A stretch of DNA of 64,000 nucleotides, taken from the NCBI GenBank assembly GCA_029953675.1, contig JAMWBK010000006.1, positions 620,001 through 684,000 on the forward strand, given 5' to 3'. Each line of letters opens with the position of its first letter. The first letter of the stretch is position 1. This document shows, one piece after another, positions 23,400 through 35,963 of the stretch. Position numbers and translations under genes: made by a program. Under the pieces are notes generated by a model. The model was given only the letters and a program-made list of their open reading frames with translations. It had not been told where the DNA came from and searched no databases. This DNA comes from Rhodosorus marinus CCMP1338 (taxonomy: Eukaryota > Plantae > Rhodophyta).

Positions 23400-25820
23400 C
23401 TGAAAATTGTCATTCTTTCTTTCCGAATTCTGTTTTCATCAACGAATGGTCACACCTGGTCCATTCACTTACCTCTTTCTTTGGAAAAGGTGCGTTCCGG
23501 GACCGACGACTTTGGAGCGGATTATTCCAAACACTTGGAATATGGCACTGACTAGTTGTAAGTGCGCCAATCTGCCGGTCGATTGCGGCCGCATACAAGC
23601 CTGGAAGGCACACTGGGTGACTTCATCTGCTCCCAGTTGGTGAGCGATGGCTGGCGGAACGGACGCAGCGGATTGTGCGGACTGGCACGGGCCCGCTCTC
23701 CGGATGATCGACAAGGGATCTTGGAACACTTAGCCTGGGGGCGGTCTCCTGTGGGGCTGCCTGGGCGATCAGAAATAACAACGGTCGACCGAAAAAAGGA
23801 GTCCTTCAGATCAGCACACTGGAGCCTCCTCAATCGTATGCCTCAGGCCAAATGAAAAATTATCACCGCTAACTCTAGAGTATTGCGATCAACGCAAGGT
23901 TGAGTGACTCTTTCTTATCTCACCCCTTTATTCCCTCAAGCGTTGAGTGCTTTGGATTCCTTCATCAAGGAACTCCCTTTTAGTTGCGCAGTTGCATTCT
24001 TGAGACTCGCAACGGGCGTCCTCGATTTCTGTCAGAAACGTCCGGGACCCTACGGGATCGCATTGCAGCACAGTTCCTTGAAGCGCTCAGTGGACGTTCG
24101 GTATGATTTTTTCGCAGGTAAGTTGGGCTTTGAAGAGACCATCGTCGCCATCATCATCACTATGGAAGAATTCAGTCTTTCGACCTTCGATGCTGTTTCG
24201 AATCGCACAGAAAGGACTGCGGTGAAAACGCTTGGTCCGACGGCAGAGACTGGTTAAGTCGAAATGTTGCACGGAGAAAATGTAACCCACAGCAACTGTC
24301 CTTGAAACAAGACAGTCGCATATTTGTTTTCTGGGAAACAACCCCGGACAGGCGTCTCCAATAGCGAAAAGCTACATCTTTATAGTCACAAATTCACATG
24401 TTTGGAGGTTCCAGAAGGCCGTCCTCTTCAGAAATGGAACATGCCAGTCGCCTGTACCCCAGTTTCCCGACTGCCAGACCCGAACTACAAATTGCATCGA
24501 TGCTTCCCCTTCCATGTTCGATGTTTCGCAGGATGCTCGTGCTGGTCAGAGCGATCCTCTGAGGGAACTGACATAGGGCTCGATTTCGTTATGGAAGTTC
24601 TGGGGTATGATTTCATGTAGGAATTGGTCGCGGAGTCGGGGGCTGCTGTCACAATCTGAACTAATCACCAACCCCATATTGATCTCTGCGTCTAGGCTCC
24701 GTTGTTACGGCAACAGATGCGAAAGCTCTAGTGGATAATGAGGTCGACAACAGATGAGGTGGACATTTCAGCCAACAAAACCAAGACCCGAAACCCATAA
24801 ATCCAAGCTGGAACGGCACCACACCGCAACGGTCTGCCGTATGAATGACATAGGGGCCGGAGCCAGTCTGAATTGCCCACGCGATAGACTTTACAATCCG
24901 CCAAGTTCTTGTCTGGTCTTCTTTTCCCTAGTTGGCCGTGCTTTCGAGGGTGAGGCGTAGGATAAAACCCGACGAAAAGTCCCGAAGGAGACCTCAGCAC
25001 AGGTAGAAGCCAACTTCTAAAGCCTGCTCAACAAGTCACTAGCCTGAGACATCAACCGTAGCCTCCGACGTCCAACGAGTAAACTCCTCTTCTGCTCGGT
25101 CTCACTCTGCCTCACCTCTCATACCCGGCCGAGCTTTGCCAGGCGAGCTCGACCCCCATACCACAATCCGGCACTGCGATGCGTCCTCAGTTAGCGAACT
25201 GAGATTGGTGGGGATCTTGGATCTTCAGCAATAAGAAAAAAGAGCAAAGTAAAAGACAGCGTTCGACTTTTAGTTCGTGAATGGCCACCTTCCCAGGACT
25301 CCCGCCTAGTCACTTCTGCATGAAACATTCGAAAAGAGGCCGGGGGACGATCGACTCCAGAATGTCCCAAGATTTGGAGATTCCTACTAGTCGCTCACGA
25401 TGACGATGACTAAGACCGTTGTTTCAAGTGCATCGGTTCGCAGGCTAATCCGCATCAAGGTCCTACTTGAATCCATCCACCCCGTTTAGTGCAGGAACGA
25501 ACCTTCGTACGATTACTACCTGTACTACGTTTCCAATAAATAATGGATGATACGAGCCTGAAGACCGCTACGATGAAAGCGTGCGGGGCGGAACGTTGTT
25601 GTGTGCAGAGACTTAAGGTAGAGAGGTTCTGGAGATTCCTTGGGCCAGAGAGCAAGGTACAACCTGCTATCATCTAACTGAACTCCTTTTGAAGGCAATG
25701 GGAAATCGAATGAGACGTGGAGTTTTTCGATATTCTCACGGCGACACTCGAAACGGAGCAGAGTGATCAACAGTCCAGCTCAAACACACAAGTAGAGGAT
25801 ATAGGGACTGGGGATGATCA
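23400..25820 (+). mobile_element. Heavily decayed Ty3/gypsy (chromovirus-like) pol remnant
   Basis: Degenerate motifs in canonical gypsy order: RNase H-like YGIA..YDFFAGKL..ETIVAIIITMEEF (~24050-24180); integrase DIGLDFVMEV (~24570); GPY/F-like PGDD...ESIHPV (~25340-25490); chromodomain-like KVERF...FEGNGKSNETW (~25615-25725); purine-rich tract at ~25790-25815. Many stops and frameshifts. Confidence 0.55.
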
Positions 25821-26055
25821 TCAATGGGTCTGCCGATGGTTCATCAGCAAGCCGGGAAGGACTGTCCAGGCTAACGGGGCGAGCAGGTAGAATATCGAGG
25901 CGACTCGATCGGTTGCCGAGAGCAGCAGTTCTGGATCAAAGGACACAGCTCTGCCCAATGTTCATTGTGTGCACCATTGCCTGGGGTCTGTTGACATTCA
26001 GCAAGACTGCTCCCTTCAGGGATGGAGTCTCCCCAACAATCTAGTGCATCAGTAC

Positions 26056-27432
26056 GTCATAAGTAAGGTGGTAATGGGACCATAGGGCCAGCACTATGTA
26101 GGTTTCGATAGGGCACCCTCATAATGCAAAAAAAACTCGAGGGGTACCCTTCGATTCTGAACCATTTTCATAGGGCCATAGGGCTATTTTTAATGCTATT
26201 TCATTGCCCTATGAGGTAGATATATTCTTAATTCATGCCCTATTGTTGTGTTGTTTTTGTTTATAAAATAGTCTAATTTGAAGTACATTCGTGTTATGAA
26301 GAAAACTCATCCTCCTATCGGTATAATGAATCATTAAATTAAAATTCACAATACCCTACACACTCTATCAGACCTATCTGCTTCCGGAAGAGCTTGGAGG
26401 GAAAGTTTTGAGCTGAAATTCACGGAACACTCGCTTTTCCCCGGGCCCCTTAGGCTCTGAATAAACGGATGATGATGAACATTCGACTGCATACACGATT
26501 GCAACTTTTGAGGTAGAGTCAATGCGAGCCGGGCAAGCAACGGTTTCACCAGCTCGCAGAACGGGAACAGGAAAGGAAAACTTAGAAACAAATTCTGCAC
26601 CAGAAGATGTTGATGAGTTCGATACTTCAGCACATCTTGATCCTGATCTCGGACACGGTCTTAGAGGAGAAAGCCAAGCTAGGAGAAAGCGAAGAGATAC
26701 TTAGCACTCCTTCCGCATCCGCTTCTCAAAGTTTTGAACAGAGCCAAAGGAGGCAATATGGAGATCGGACAGGTCCTGAAATAATTCGAGGAATCAAGGA
26801 CTGCAGTAGAAAGTCAATATTCACTAAAAAAACCAAACTTCTAGTAGTACAACCTCATCTTTGTATACTCAGCATTGCTTCGGAAGCAGTTTAAAAAAGG
26901 TCTCAATGCGTGGAAGACGGGTGTGGTAAGCCACAAACCAAACATAATCACGCCAAGAAAAAGATGCCGCAGCCAGCTTCTCCGGGGAAGCTCTACAGGC
27001 ACAGTACATCTCAGCTCTCTAAACACGAAGAGCTCTTCGCTTGATCAAGGGGTGCATGAGAAAAGAATAGCTAACAAAACGTCAGATTCGAAACCGCAAA
27101 CGGATGTACTGCAACCACACCTCCGCCATAGCACCATCGTTCGACCATATTCAGTGTTCTTACTCCCTTAACCATCCAGCAGAAGCGATTTTACAAGCTC
27201 TCGCACCCTATCCCATCGATTTCACAACTTCTCATCTGCTCCTAGACTCCGCATCGAAGATCACCTTGGCATGGGCCATAGGGCTTGTTATACGGCATCA
27301 AAAGTTGAGCGGGCCGCTTGGAATCGACGATTTGACCAGCAGATAGGGCACATTTAGGGCAAAACCGTTGAAATTAGTATCGTAATATGCATAGGGCAGA
27401 TAGGGCCGGCCCTATTGCCACCTTATTATGAC
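26056..27432. mobile_element. Non-autonomous DNA-transposon-like element with imperfect terminal inverted repeats and subterminal ATAGGGC repeats
   Basis: Left end gtcataagtaaggtggtaatggg; reverse complement of the right end gtcataa-taaggtggcaataggg. About 11 (A/T)TAGGGC copies in both orientations cluster at 26080-26245 and 27275-27415. No intact transposase and no clear TSD. Confidence 0.6.
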
Positions 27433-28380
27433 ATAAATAATGCAACTCCACGGCTCGCTGTACTCGGTTGCAAGGCCGGGAGGCTACCATAAGCACCCCT
27501 CCAAACGGACGAAAATCAAGGCACGTAAAGAAACACTCATCATTCGCTCCCAGAAACCCTAGAAATCCGTATCAATCGATAAGGGAGATTTTGAGAACAA
27601 GTCAATCCAATGAACTAATATATAAATCAATACAATCTCCTGGGCCAAACCTCATGCCCGGAATATTGGCCGGCAAATCAGCCAGATGTTATCCAAGTGC
27701 AATTAACGTACATGTTTATATTGACTGAATAGTCAATCATGATATATCCATATCTCGGTGCCAAGATCACTTGTTCGCGATCCCGCGTTCTGAGGAGCTT
27801 GGGGGAGGCCTACCTTTAAATTTTCATCAGTTTTTCTACCTTCCTGCGGAGAAGGCAGAGTCAACAAGTCTCGCAGTTTTTAATCGGTACCCGTTTCTTT
27901 TAAGAAAAAACAATTGAACGGATCGGAAAGGGACAAATCGGGTAAAAAAACGACGAAAAGGCTTTGGTTTTTCTATTCGATCCAGAAATGCGAAACATCG
28001 GCCGGCAATACCTGGCCAGGGAACAAATAGGGTTTAGGGATGATTGGGTTGTGCCGGGTTTGGATAGGGGAAAAAAACGGTATTGAGTGAGGATTTTTGG
28101 TATGGAAATTTCATTATAGCAGAGAACGGTTTTGAAGGGGGGGTTATGGGGAGGATGACAGGGTGGGGAGTCGAGGGAGTGCTAGAAGAATTGCAGCCAA
28201 GTGGAACTTGTTTCTTTTTTTGGGGTATTTTTGTATTGGTTTTTTTGAGGGGGGACTGTGGTTGGAATGGTTGTAGGGAAACACTTTTTGAGAAGAGCGG
28301 AACTGGGGATCAAACTATATTTCGGTTAGGAGAGTGGTTCGCTCGGGGTTTTTGGTGGCGGCGGGTTTGTTTTGGGTGGG

Positions 28381-31300
28381 ATGGGATTTGTGGTTGGATT
28401 AGGGGACCGGACATATAGCGCCGTCAGGGGAAACGGGCAGCGGAGATGTGTAAAGCCGATATCGGTTTCCTGCCGCTTAAAGGTTCGTGATAACCCGATT
28501 GATTCCTTGGATTCTTTAGGTCCTGTTTTTTTCGCCTTGTTCTGGGTTTTTCCACGAAGTCGTGTTTGGGTTGGGTCTGATATGGCGTGTTGTTCCTATG
28601 TTGTCTTTGTTCTTGTCGTGAATACAGGATTCAACTGCCTGGGAGAGATTCTGTGAAAGCAACTCGGATAAGGAAACAGCATCAAGCGGATCGGGTGAAA
28701 GGAAGAACGGATCACCCAATTTTGAGCAAGAGGAGCCATCTCGTAGTTCCCCGCTCCCTGTGGTTTTGGCGGCAGTTGGACTGTCGTTGGCGATCACGTT
28801 CAACCCCCTGTCGGATCGGTCCGCTTTGGCAGGGGAAGTTGCCGCGCCCGTCCAGGTAGACCCGGCCGCTGCAGTCAGCCCAGCTGCCCCTGCCCCTGCA
28901 TCTGCATCTGAACCAGAACCTGCACCTTCACCTGCACCTGTAGAAGAACCACAGGGTTTCTTTACAAACGACATGGAGCTCGTTAAAGTAGTTAAGAAAG
29001 CCTTTGCAAGCAAGGAGCAGCAGCTCTTGCAGGCTGCAGGCATGACCGAAGATGGAACAGTTCTTATTGAGGTTTCTTCCTCGTTCAAGGACCTCTCTAT
29101 ACAAAGGCAGCAAGAAGTTACGGACAAGGCACTCAGCTTGGTGAGACCTCTTGGTTATACAGCTCTTCAAGTGATGGAAAGCGGAAGCGGCGAGACCCTG
29201 GCGATGACCGGGCTCAAGGTAAAGTTTGGAGAAGATGCTAGGATGTTATCAGTCGAGAACCAGAAGCTGCAGAACGCTTTAGCTAAGGAAAAGGCCTCTA
29301 CCAGCAGCCTCCAAGGCGACAAGGTTAAGATTCTTGAGGAGCTTGACCAGATGAATGCCGAGCTCGTGAGGAAATTGGCTAGCTACGAACGTCTACTCAA
29401 GGGTGAAGAGGCCGAGGTTGCGAGGCTTAAGGTGGAAGCCGAGGATCTCAATGAAGAGCTGAGTGATGCGGACAATCGAATGGCCCTGCAGGCAAAGGTT
29501 CAACAAGAGATGAAAGTCACTAATGAATATGAGACCGCGGTGATGATTATGAAGGGTCAAGTCCTAAAAGCATCGGAAGATCTCGCCCAGGCGAAGAACA
29601 ATCTAGCGAGGGTGCAAGCGGAAACTGTGGCCATGGACAAGAAAATTACCGAGGTTGAACAAACTGGAGAGAAACAGCTGGAGCAGGCAGGGGTCGAGGG
29701 GAAGCGCATCATAGAAGAACAAATAGAAGTTGCTAGAGCTGAATATGCCCCTCAACTTGCACAGCTTGCCAGCACTCGAGAAAAAGTACAATCCGGTATC
29801 AGCGGCCTTGAACAGGACACTGGGCCTCGCATAAAGGAATTCGAGGAACAGCTCAAACGAGAAAAACAAAAGATGATCGCCGAACAACAGAAGAGGGTCC
29901 AGGATGCGAAGATGGAGAAGGAAACCCGACTGGAAAATGAAAGGAAGGCCAAGGAGGCTGCCGAAAAGGCCGAGAGAGAGAGGCTAGAAGCAATTGAGAA
30001 GGAGAAGAGAGCGAAAGCGGAGGCCGCAGAAAGGGAGGAGAGAGAGAAACGAGAAGCCGCTGAGAGAGAAGAGAGAGAGAGACGAGAAGCCGCCGAGAGG
30101 GAAGCTAAGGCGAAACGAGAAGCCGCCGAGAGGGAAGCAAAGGCGAAACGAGAAGCCGCCGAGAGGGAAGCAAAGGCGAAACAAGAAGCCGCCGAGAGGG
30201 AAGCAAAGGCGAAACAAGAAGCCGCCGAGAGGGAAGCAAAGGCGAAACAAGAAGCCGCCGAGAAGGCTGAGAGAGAGCGACGCGAAGCTGCCGAAAGGGA
30301 GGCAAAGCAAAAGCAGGAGGCCGCTGAAAGGGAGGAGAGAGAGCGACGGGAAGCTGAAGAAAAGGAGGAAAGAGCTCGACAGGCTGAGCTGCGTGCAGCC
30401 GAGGAGGCAAAGGTGAAGGCTGAGAAAGAACGCCTTGCTCAAGAGGCAGCTGCTGAGAAACAGAGACAGGCTGAGCTGCGTGCTGCGGAAGAGGCGAAGA
30501 TGAGGGCCGAGAAGGAGCGCCTTGCTAAGGAAGCAGCTGCTGAAAAGCAGAGGCAAGCTGAGCTACGTGCTGCTGAAGAAGCAAAGATGAAGGCCGAAAA
30601 AGAACGGATCGCTCAAGAACAAGCCGCTGAGAAGCAGAAGCAAGCAGAACTGCGTGCTGCTGAACTTGAGAGGGCGCGAGTAGAGAAAGAACGAAGAGCT
30701 GAAGAGGCTGCTGCGGAAAAGGAGAGATTGAGAGTCGAAAGGGAGAAGAAGGCTCAGGAGGCCGCTGCCGAGAGGGAAAAATTGAGAGCAGAGAAGGAGC
30801 AGAAGGCTAAGGAGGAAGCGGCTCTGAGGGAGCAGCAGAGGCAAGAGCAACTGAAGATCGCTGAAGAGGAACGAAAAGCAAAGGAAGATGCTGCCCAGAA
30901 AGAGAAGGAAGCTCAGATACGCGCTGCTGAAGAAGCGAGGCAGGAGAAGGAGAGACAGGAGCAAGAGAAGGCCGCCGTGCAGGAAAAGATCAGAGCAGAA
31001 AGGGAGCAAAAAGCTAAGGAAGAGGCAGCTGAGAGGCAGCGGCAAGCTGAGCTGCGGGCCGCCGAACAAGAAAAGATCAGAGCAGAAAGGGAGCAAAAAG
31101 CTAAGGAAGAGGCTGCCGAGAAGCAGCGGCAAGCTGAGCTTCGGGCTGCCGAACAAGAGAAGATCAGAGCAGAAAAGGAGCGAAAAGCTAAGGAAGAGGC
31201 TGCCGAGAAGCAGCGGCAAGCTGAAGAACGGGCTGCCGAACAGCAGAAGATCAAGGAGGAAAGAGAAAGAGCTGCGCAGGAAGCAGCTGCCGAGCGGGAG

Positions 31301-31684
31301 AAGCAAGCTGAGCTGCGGGCAGCTGAAAAGGAACGAATTGCTCAAGAGCGCCAGGCCGAGAAGCAAAAGATGGAAGCGGAGAAGGCCGCTGAAAAAGAAA
31401 GGAAAGCACAGGCTGAGAAGGAACGCCTAGCGCAACAGCAAGCAGCGGACGAAACTGAGGAACAACCAGCTCCACCGGAAAGGTCTGGAGCTTGGAAACG
31501 AATGTTTGGCAAAAAGGCTGCTGGTGAGGTGGGAGCAAGAGACGATGCCGGTGCCGACCAAGAAGCGGAAGTGAAAACAAGGGGGAACAGGCGGCAGGCA
31601 GGACTCGACAGCGGGAGCCCAGCTTCAGCAGATGGTCCTTTAAGGTCACGGTTTCTCTCCCTTTCTTTCTTGCGCCGCTAGGTG
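28381..31684 (+). CDS. ~1,000-aa plastid-targeted coiled-coil / single-alpha-helix protein, probably thylakoid-directed
   Basis: Exon 1 MGFVVGLGDRTYSAVRGNGQRRCVKPISVSCRLK (transit-peptide-like) splices in phase 0 to DSTAWERF..., which is in frame with ORF 28760..31681. A hydrophobic segment plus AxA site (PVVLAAVGLSLAITFNPLSDRSALA-GE) precedes a coiled coil and about 500 aa of E/K/R/A/Q repeats. A probable short final intron starts at about 31644. Confidence 0.8.
30086..30250 (+). repeat. Five tandem 33-nt coding repeats (EAAEREAKAK[R/Q])
   Basis: Unit gaagccgccgagagggaagc(t/a)aaggcgaaac(g/a)a starts at 30086, 30119, 30152, 30185 and 30218. Three ~87-nt (29-aa) repeats also occur at about 30980-31240. 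Confidence 0.9.
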
Positions 31685-31798
31685 ATTCATACCTCGCTGC
31701 GCTTGGGAGAAGATACACCTCCATAGGGTTATAGCTGAAGGGAAGCGTACTCTATAGCTCGGATGGAACTTAAAATTGTTTTCTTGTTTATTATTACA

Positions 31799-33763
31799 CT
31801 AATAGACTTCACGCCACCCCTTCTTTTTCTTATCCGACGGGTCATCGAAGAAAGGGGAAGAGTCAATTTCGACGCCATCCTCCGTTTCCTCCCGTCCTCC
31901 GTTTTTCTCTCTTAGAGCATCCCATTGCCGACGATGTGCCCCTTTCTCGTATCCCTGCGGGTTTTCTCTCAGCCTTTGCTTCTTCCGCTTGTTGCTCAAA
32001 TTCCTGTTCCTACTGAACATACTCTCAAGCAGCCCCCGATTCGCTCCTTTAATTTCCTCGGCAAGAGCCCTTCCTTCCTGACCCACAAGATGCGTCGCGA
32101 GCCCATTCCTACCCGCCCGAGCTGTTCTTCCTATCCGATGCAGGTAGCTCACCACGTTGGTCCCAAAATTGTATTGCACCACATGTGTGATGTTCTTCCC
32201 CAGGTCAAGGCCCCTCGCGGCTACATCCGTGCTCACCAGGATCCTACCTTCTCCTTCTCTAAAACAGTCAATTTCCACCAACCTATCCTTCCAGGAAAGT
32301 GACTACCAGACCGCCGACCACAAAAAAACAATGGCAGAAAAGGGATGGTGAAGATGATCAGCAACCGATGGTCCATTTCAAAGCTTGCGCTCTACAATGC
32401 AATGCGAAAAGAATGGAGCCTATCACAAGAACACCCTTGCTCTCAGTGCGATAGCGACCTTGAAGGGTGCCTGTGTCCAAGTTAGGAGTCTCATTTGAGC
32501 ATAGCACAAAAAAGCCTACAGGAGAGGGGCCAACGGTTGTTATTGAAAGCCTCTTAGCTGTGGTCTTACCTTGTGAGTTATTCTAACATCGTTCTTAAAG
32601 GTTGGCTTCTTGTTGAGAAACCCGTAGACTGAAAGCGCCGTGTCCGCCGTGTTGCAGAACACCAGGACTTGTCCATCCGGGCCATGCCTTATTACCTCCG
32701 CAAGCTTCTCCATTGGGTCGTCATCCTTGACGTCAATCCAATGCTCTTCAAGAAGCGGGTTGATTTTGTGGATCAAATCAGTCCGGACATCTACGGCATC
32801 TGGATATCTCCGCCTTATCCATCTCGAGACACTCTTCACCTTGTCCCCAACCCATTCTGGAAACGTCGCTCCTAGAAATATAATCTGGGCTTGGCCGGGC
32901 TGTGGGTGGGAAGTTGTTGGGGATTTTGCTCCAGATCGTTTCATTTTCCTTTTGTATGAAACGGATAGAGGCCTGCGGAACTTGTACAGAATCTCCTCCA
33001 CGTCCCTGCGAAACGATCCTTCCAATAACATGTCGGCTTCGTCGATAATTAGCCAACGGATGTCGGCAAAGTCAGCGGCGTATGCTCGGTCCAGAAACGT
33101 TCTCGGAGTGCAACAGACAATCAGACTGCCCCGCGGAACACTAAACTTATCTCCTCCAAGGGTTGCAACCTCGGCGTCTGTTTCAAGCATTGATACCTGT
33201 CGGATAAGCTGCGCGGATAACTCTTGTGTAGGAACGAGTACAAGAGCTCTTGCTTCAACCTTGGATGCCAGAGCAAAAGGGTTTTCTCAGTTTTAAGAGT
33301 AAACTTCAGCTTCCTTGACGACTTTGGCGAGCGTACTAACCTCCGAAGCTGGATTATTCAGGAACTCCTGTATCACCGGGAGAGCATAGGCAAACGTTTT
33401 GCCGGACCCTGTCTCTGACGCGACAACCAAGTCCTCAGTTCCCTCCATGACTCGGGGTATCAGTTTTGCCTGCACATTCGTGGGTGAACTAATCCCACAC
33501 TTTTCGAGCCTGGCTATCAAGCCGCTTGATAGTCCAAGATCAGCGAAGTTCACGCCCTTGGCGAACATGGGAGATTGCTTGTCTGCATCCCCACCATCGC
33601 CAACGCTCTGCTTTTCAGCACTCCTCGACACTATGGAACACCTCCTTAACACTCTCGACCAGACCAAACGCTGCCGATGGCGTTGGCACGAACGCAGCAG
33701 AGCATCGGTTAAAAGCGACCCCCGCAATGAGACACTAGAGAACGCACACAGTCTAGTACACAT
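31799..33763 (-). CDS. DEAD-box RNA helicase, RH22-like, organellar (multi-exon)
   Basis: Q motif FADLGL..PTNVQ, ASETGSGKT, DEADMLL, IFLGATFP, VFCNT, STDVAARGLD, YLHRIGRTARAG. The N-terminal targeting-like extension and the spacing around GAT resemble plant RH22. Confidence 0.88.
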
Positions 33764-35170
33764 TGCTGGTTCATAGAAGTATTACGCCAAACAAAAAAGA
33801 AGAATTTGGAACTCGAAGAACCACCCTTCGCAGACAGCAACAGATGGATGCTTCCCATATCTCCTCCAGAAACTCAGAGAAACAATGTCATCAAGAAAAT
33901 CGCAACCGTCGTCCGTGCGAATGTGATTCAGGGTTTGTGAGCGTTTTGGGGGGACATCAAGACTTCGTTTATCGTGTCAAGGAACTCTCACAGCAGCGGC
34001 TTTGGCCACTTCGTTTCCGCTGTTTCCGCAGCAAAAATGGAATCTGCTCGAGTAGGAGAGGTTGGTCGGCACGTTTAGCGCCCTATTTTGGTTCTGGTCT
34101 ATAGGTATTTTGCTGGGGGCCCGGCGTGGGGGAGAGGTTTGCTGCGGAAGAAAACCACGGAACCCTTTGGAGATCAAGTATTATACTCACGGAGAAACCT
34201 TCTGACAATAGTGCAGAGATCTTGGACCACTCAACGGCGGCGGTGAACCTTCTCGTCGGGTGTACAGGGCGAACTGACCAAACTCAGTAGTACTATCGGA
34301 GCCAGTGTACTATTATGTACAAAAAGACACTGAGACAGACTGTCATCAAACTTGAGCACATCGCATTATTTAGACCTGTTTCGAATGGGTTTTCCAAAAC
34401 TAGATATCATGCTTTTATATTCTAAGCAATAGTATTCATAATAATGGAAAAAGTAAGTTTGTTTGACGAAATACGTATTATTTTAGGGTCTAAACAAGAA
34501 ATATGGTAATCTAATTATGACATATTTTGTCCAAGAAATAGCTACTTTTCGTTATTTTAGGGCGTATGCACCGCCACAGTCCCTTCCCTTCCTGCATGCA
34601 GCTCTCTCAATCTGTGCAAGCAGATATCAGCGAACTGGGCTCCTTCCTCTTAAACTCGCGATCAACGAGCTCAGGTTGAAGCACCGAGAGAGATCCCTCC
34701 CTATTCCCACCCACCCCTAGCTGGAACGGCAGCTTATCGTATTGGGATTCACCACCATTGTCGGTGCCTATTCCGCGCCGGACACAAGAAACTAGGAACG
34801 TAGAGAACTAGAAACCAGGAGTAGTGTGAAAACCCCTGCCTCACAAGACTACCTCTGCTCATCAGATGAGATATTAAGTTGTCTCAACGACTGCTGTGAT
34901 AGCTCCCTTTGTGTTGAAGAAGATTTGTAGCCCTGTTTTTTTTGCATCGCCGCATGCCGACAGTCTATATGAGTAAACTACAGGACGGGGAAAGAGGGGG
35001 TTGAGTGTGGCGGGGTTGGGTGAAGCGTTTAGAGAGTATAACTTAGTTTGAGAATTGTGGTCTTCGTTTATCTGGGTTTTCGTAGGGTTTTTGCTTAGTA
35101 TTCGCCGGTTTTTTCAGCGGGTGATTTGATTCGAGTGTAACTTGCGTTTGAGAATCTTTGCTGGGGACAA

Positions 35171-35963
35171 ATGGATCGGAGGAGTGTTGCTTTGCTTCTC
35201 CTTCTGGTGGTTGGAGTATGGAGTGAGTCTACTGAGGATAGTGTTGGTGTTCTTTTCTTTCAGCGTGACTTCCCGGAGAAGGTCGTTCAGGGCGACCTGG
35301 TGAACGTGACGTACACTCTTGTGAACGTCGGCAATGGGTAGGGCTTCGAAAATCTCGCGGTTTTATAGAGCTTAAGTTCGGTTACCGTGTATAGGTTCCC
35401 AACTAGTGGCAAATACTGAGCACATCAATCTTATCCTTTCCCATCTCTAGGCCTGTGTACACTCTATCGACTTCTGATTCCGCTCTTGTAAAGCACAGGG
35501 CCATTAAGCTCACTTCCGGTACACCCAAGAAAGAGAAATTTATTTTGGAAGCTGGGGAATCAACTAAATTCTCCATTGAAGCGAAGACGATTAAGGCCGG
35601 AGACTTTATGATATCTCCGGCGGAAGTTCAGTATGCTTCATCGCTCACGGAGGAAGCAGAGATCAGGGTATGCGAAGCTTCTCGCTACTGGGTCGGAGTT
35701 TGTACTAGATTGGTTTCCCTATCTACCCGGCACTGATTACTCACTAGTCTCTTTTTTTGCGCCTACAGAGGGGATTCTCTACACTGACGAATCTTCTCGA
35801 GATCGAGTCTCTTGAAGCGTACAAGAAGCGCACTGACTTGCACCTTGACGTGCTCGGCGTGTTTGCCTTGCTTGCGTCGCTTTTGACTATTGCACCGCTG
35901 GCCCTGTACTTCTCAACGTCTTCCAGTCTCAAAGGCACCAGCGTGGTCAAGAAGACACAGTAG
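35171..35963 (+). CDS. SSR2: Translocon-associated protein subunit beta (3 exons)
   Basis: Signal peptide MDRRSVALLLLLVVGVWS, GDLVNVTYTLVNVG, ISPAEVQY, AYKKRTDLHLD, and a C-terminal TM helix followed by a K-rich tail. Confidence 0.8.

Noticed and set aside
28030-28040. TTTAGGG / AAACCCTAA motifs (also ~13276, ~34482, ~61577) as telomeric sequence
   Set aside because: Isolated single units with no tandem array; at most telo-box promoter motifs.
30086-30250. Regular 33-nt repeats as a possible CRISPR array
   Set aside because: The units are head-to-tail with no unique spacers, lie in frame inside a CDS, and the genome is eukaryotic.
31500-31515. WKRMF as a Chlamydomonas-type Rubisco-binding motif
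   Set aside because: A single, imperfect copy. That motif is defined for green-type Rubisco, whereas red algae use form ID.
28516-31724. Long minus-strand ORFs (28516..29127, 29984..30556, 30563..31366) rich in Leu/Phe/Ser
   Set aside because: Antisense shadows of the E/K/R/A repeat gene. The same applies to 7042..7683 (XRN1), 11089..12042 (SDR), 32640..33296 (helicase) and 42607..43179 (MED13).
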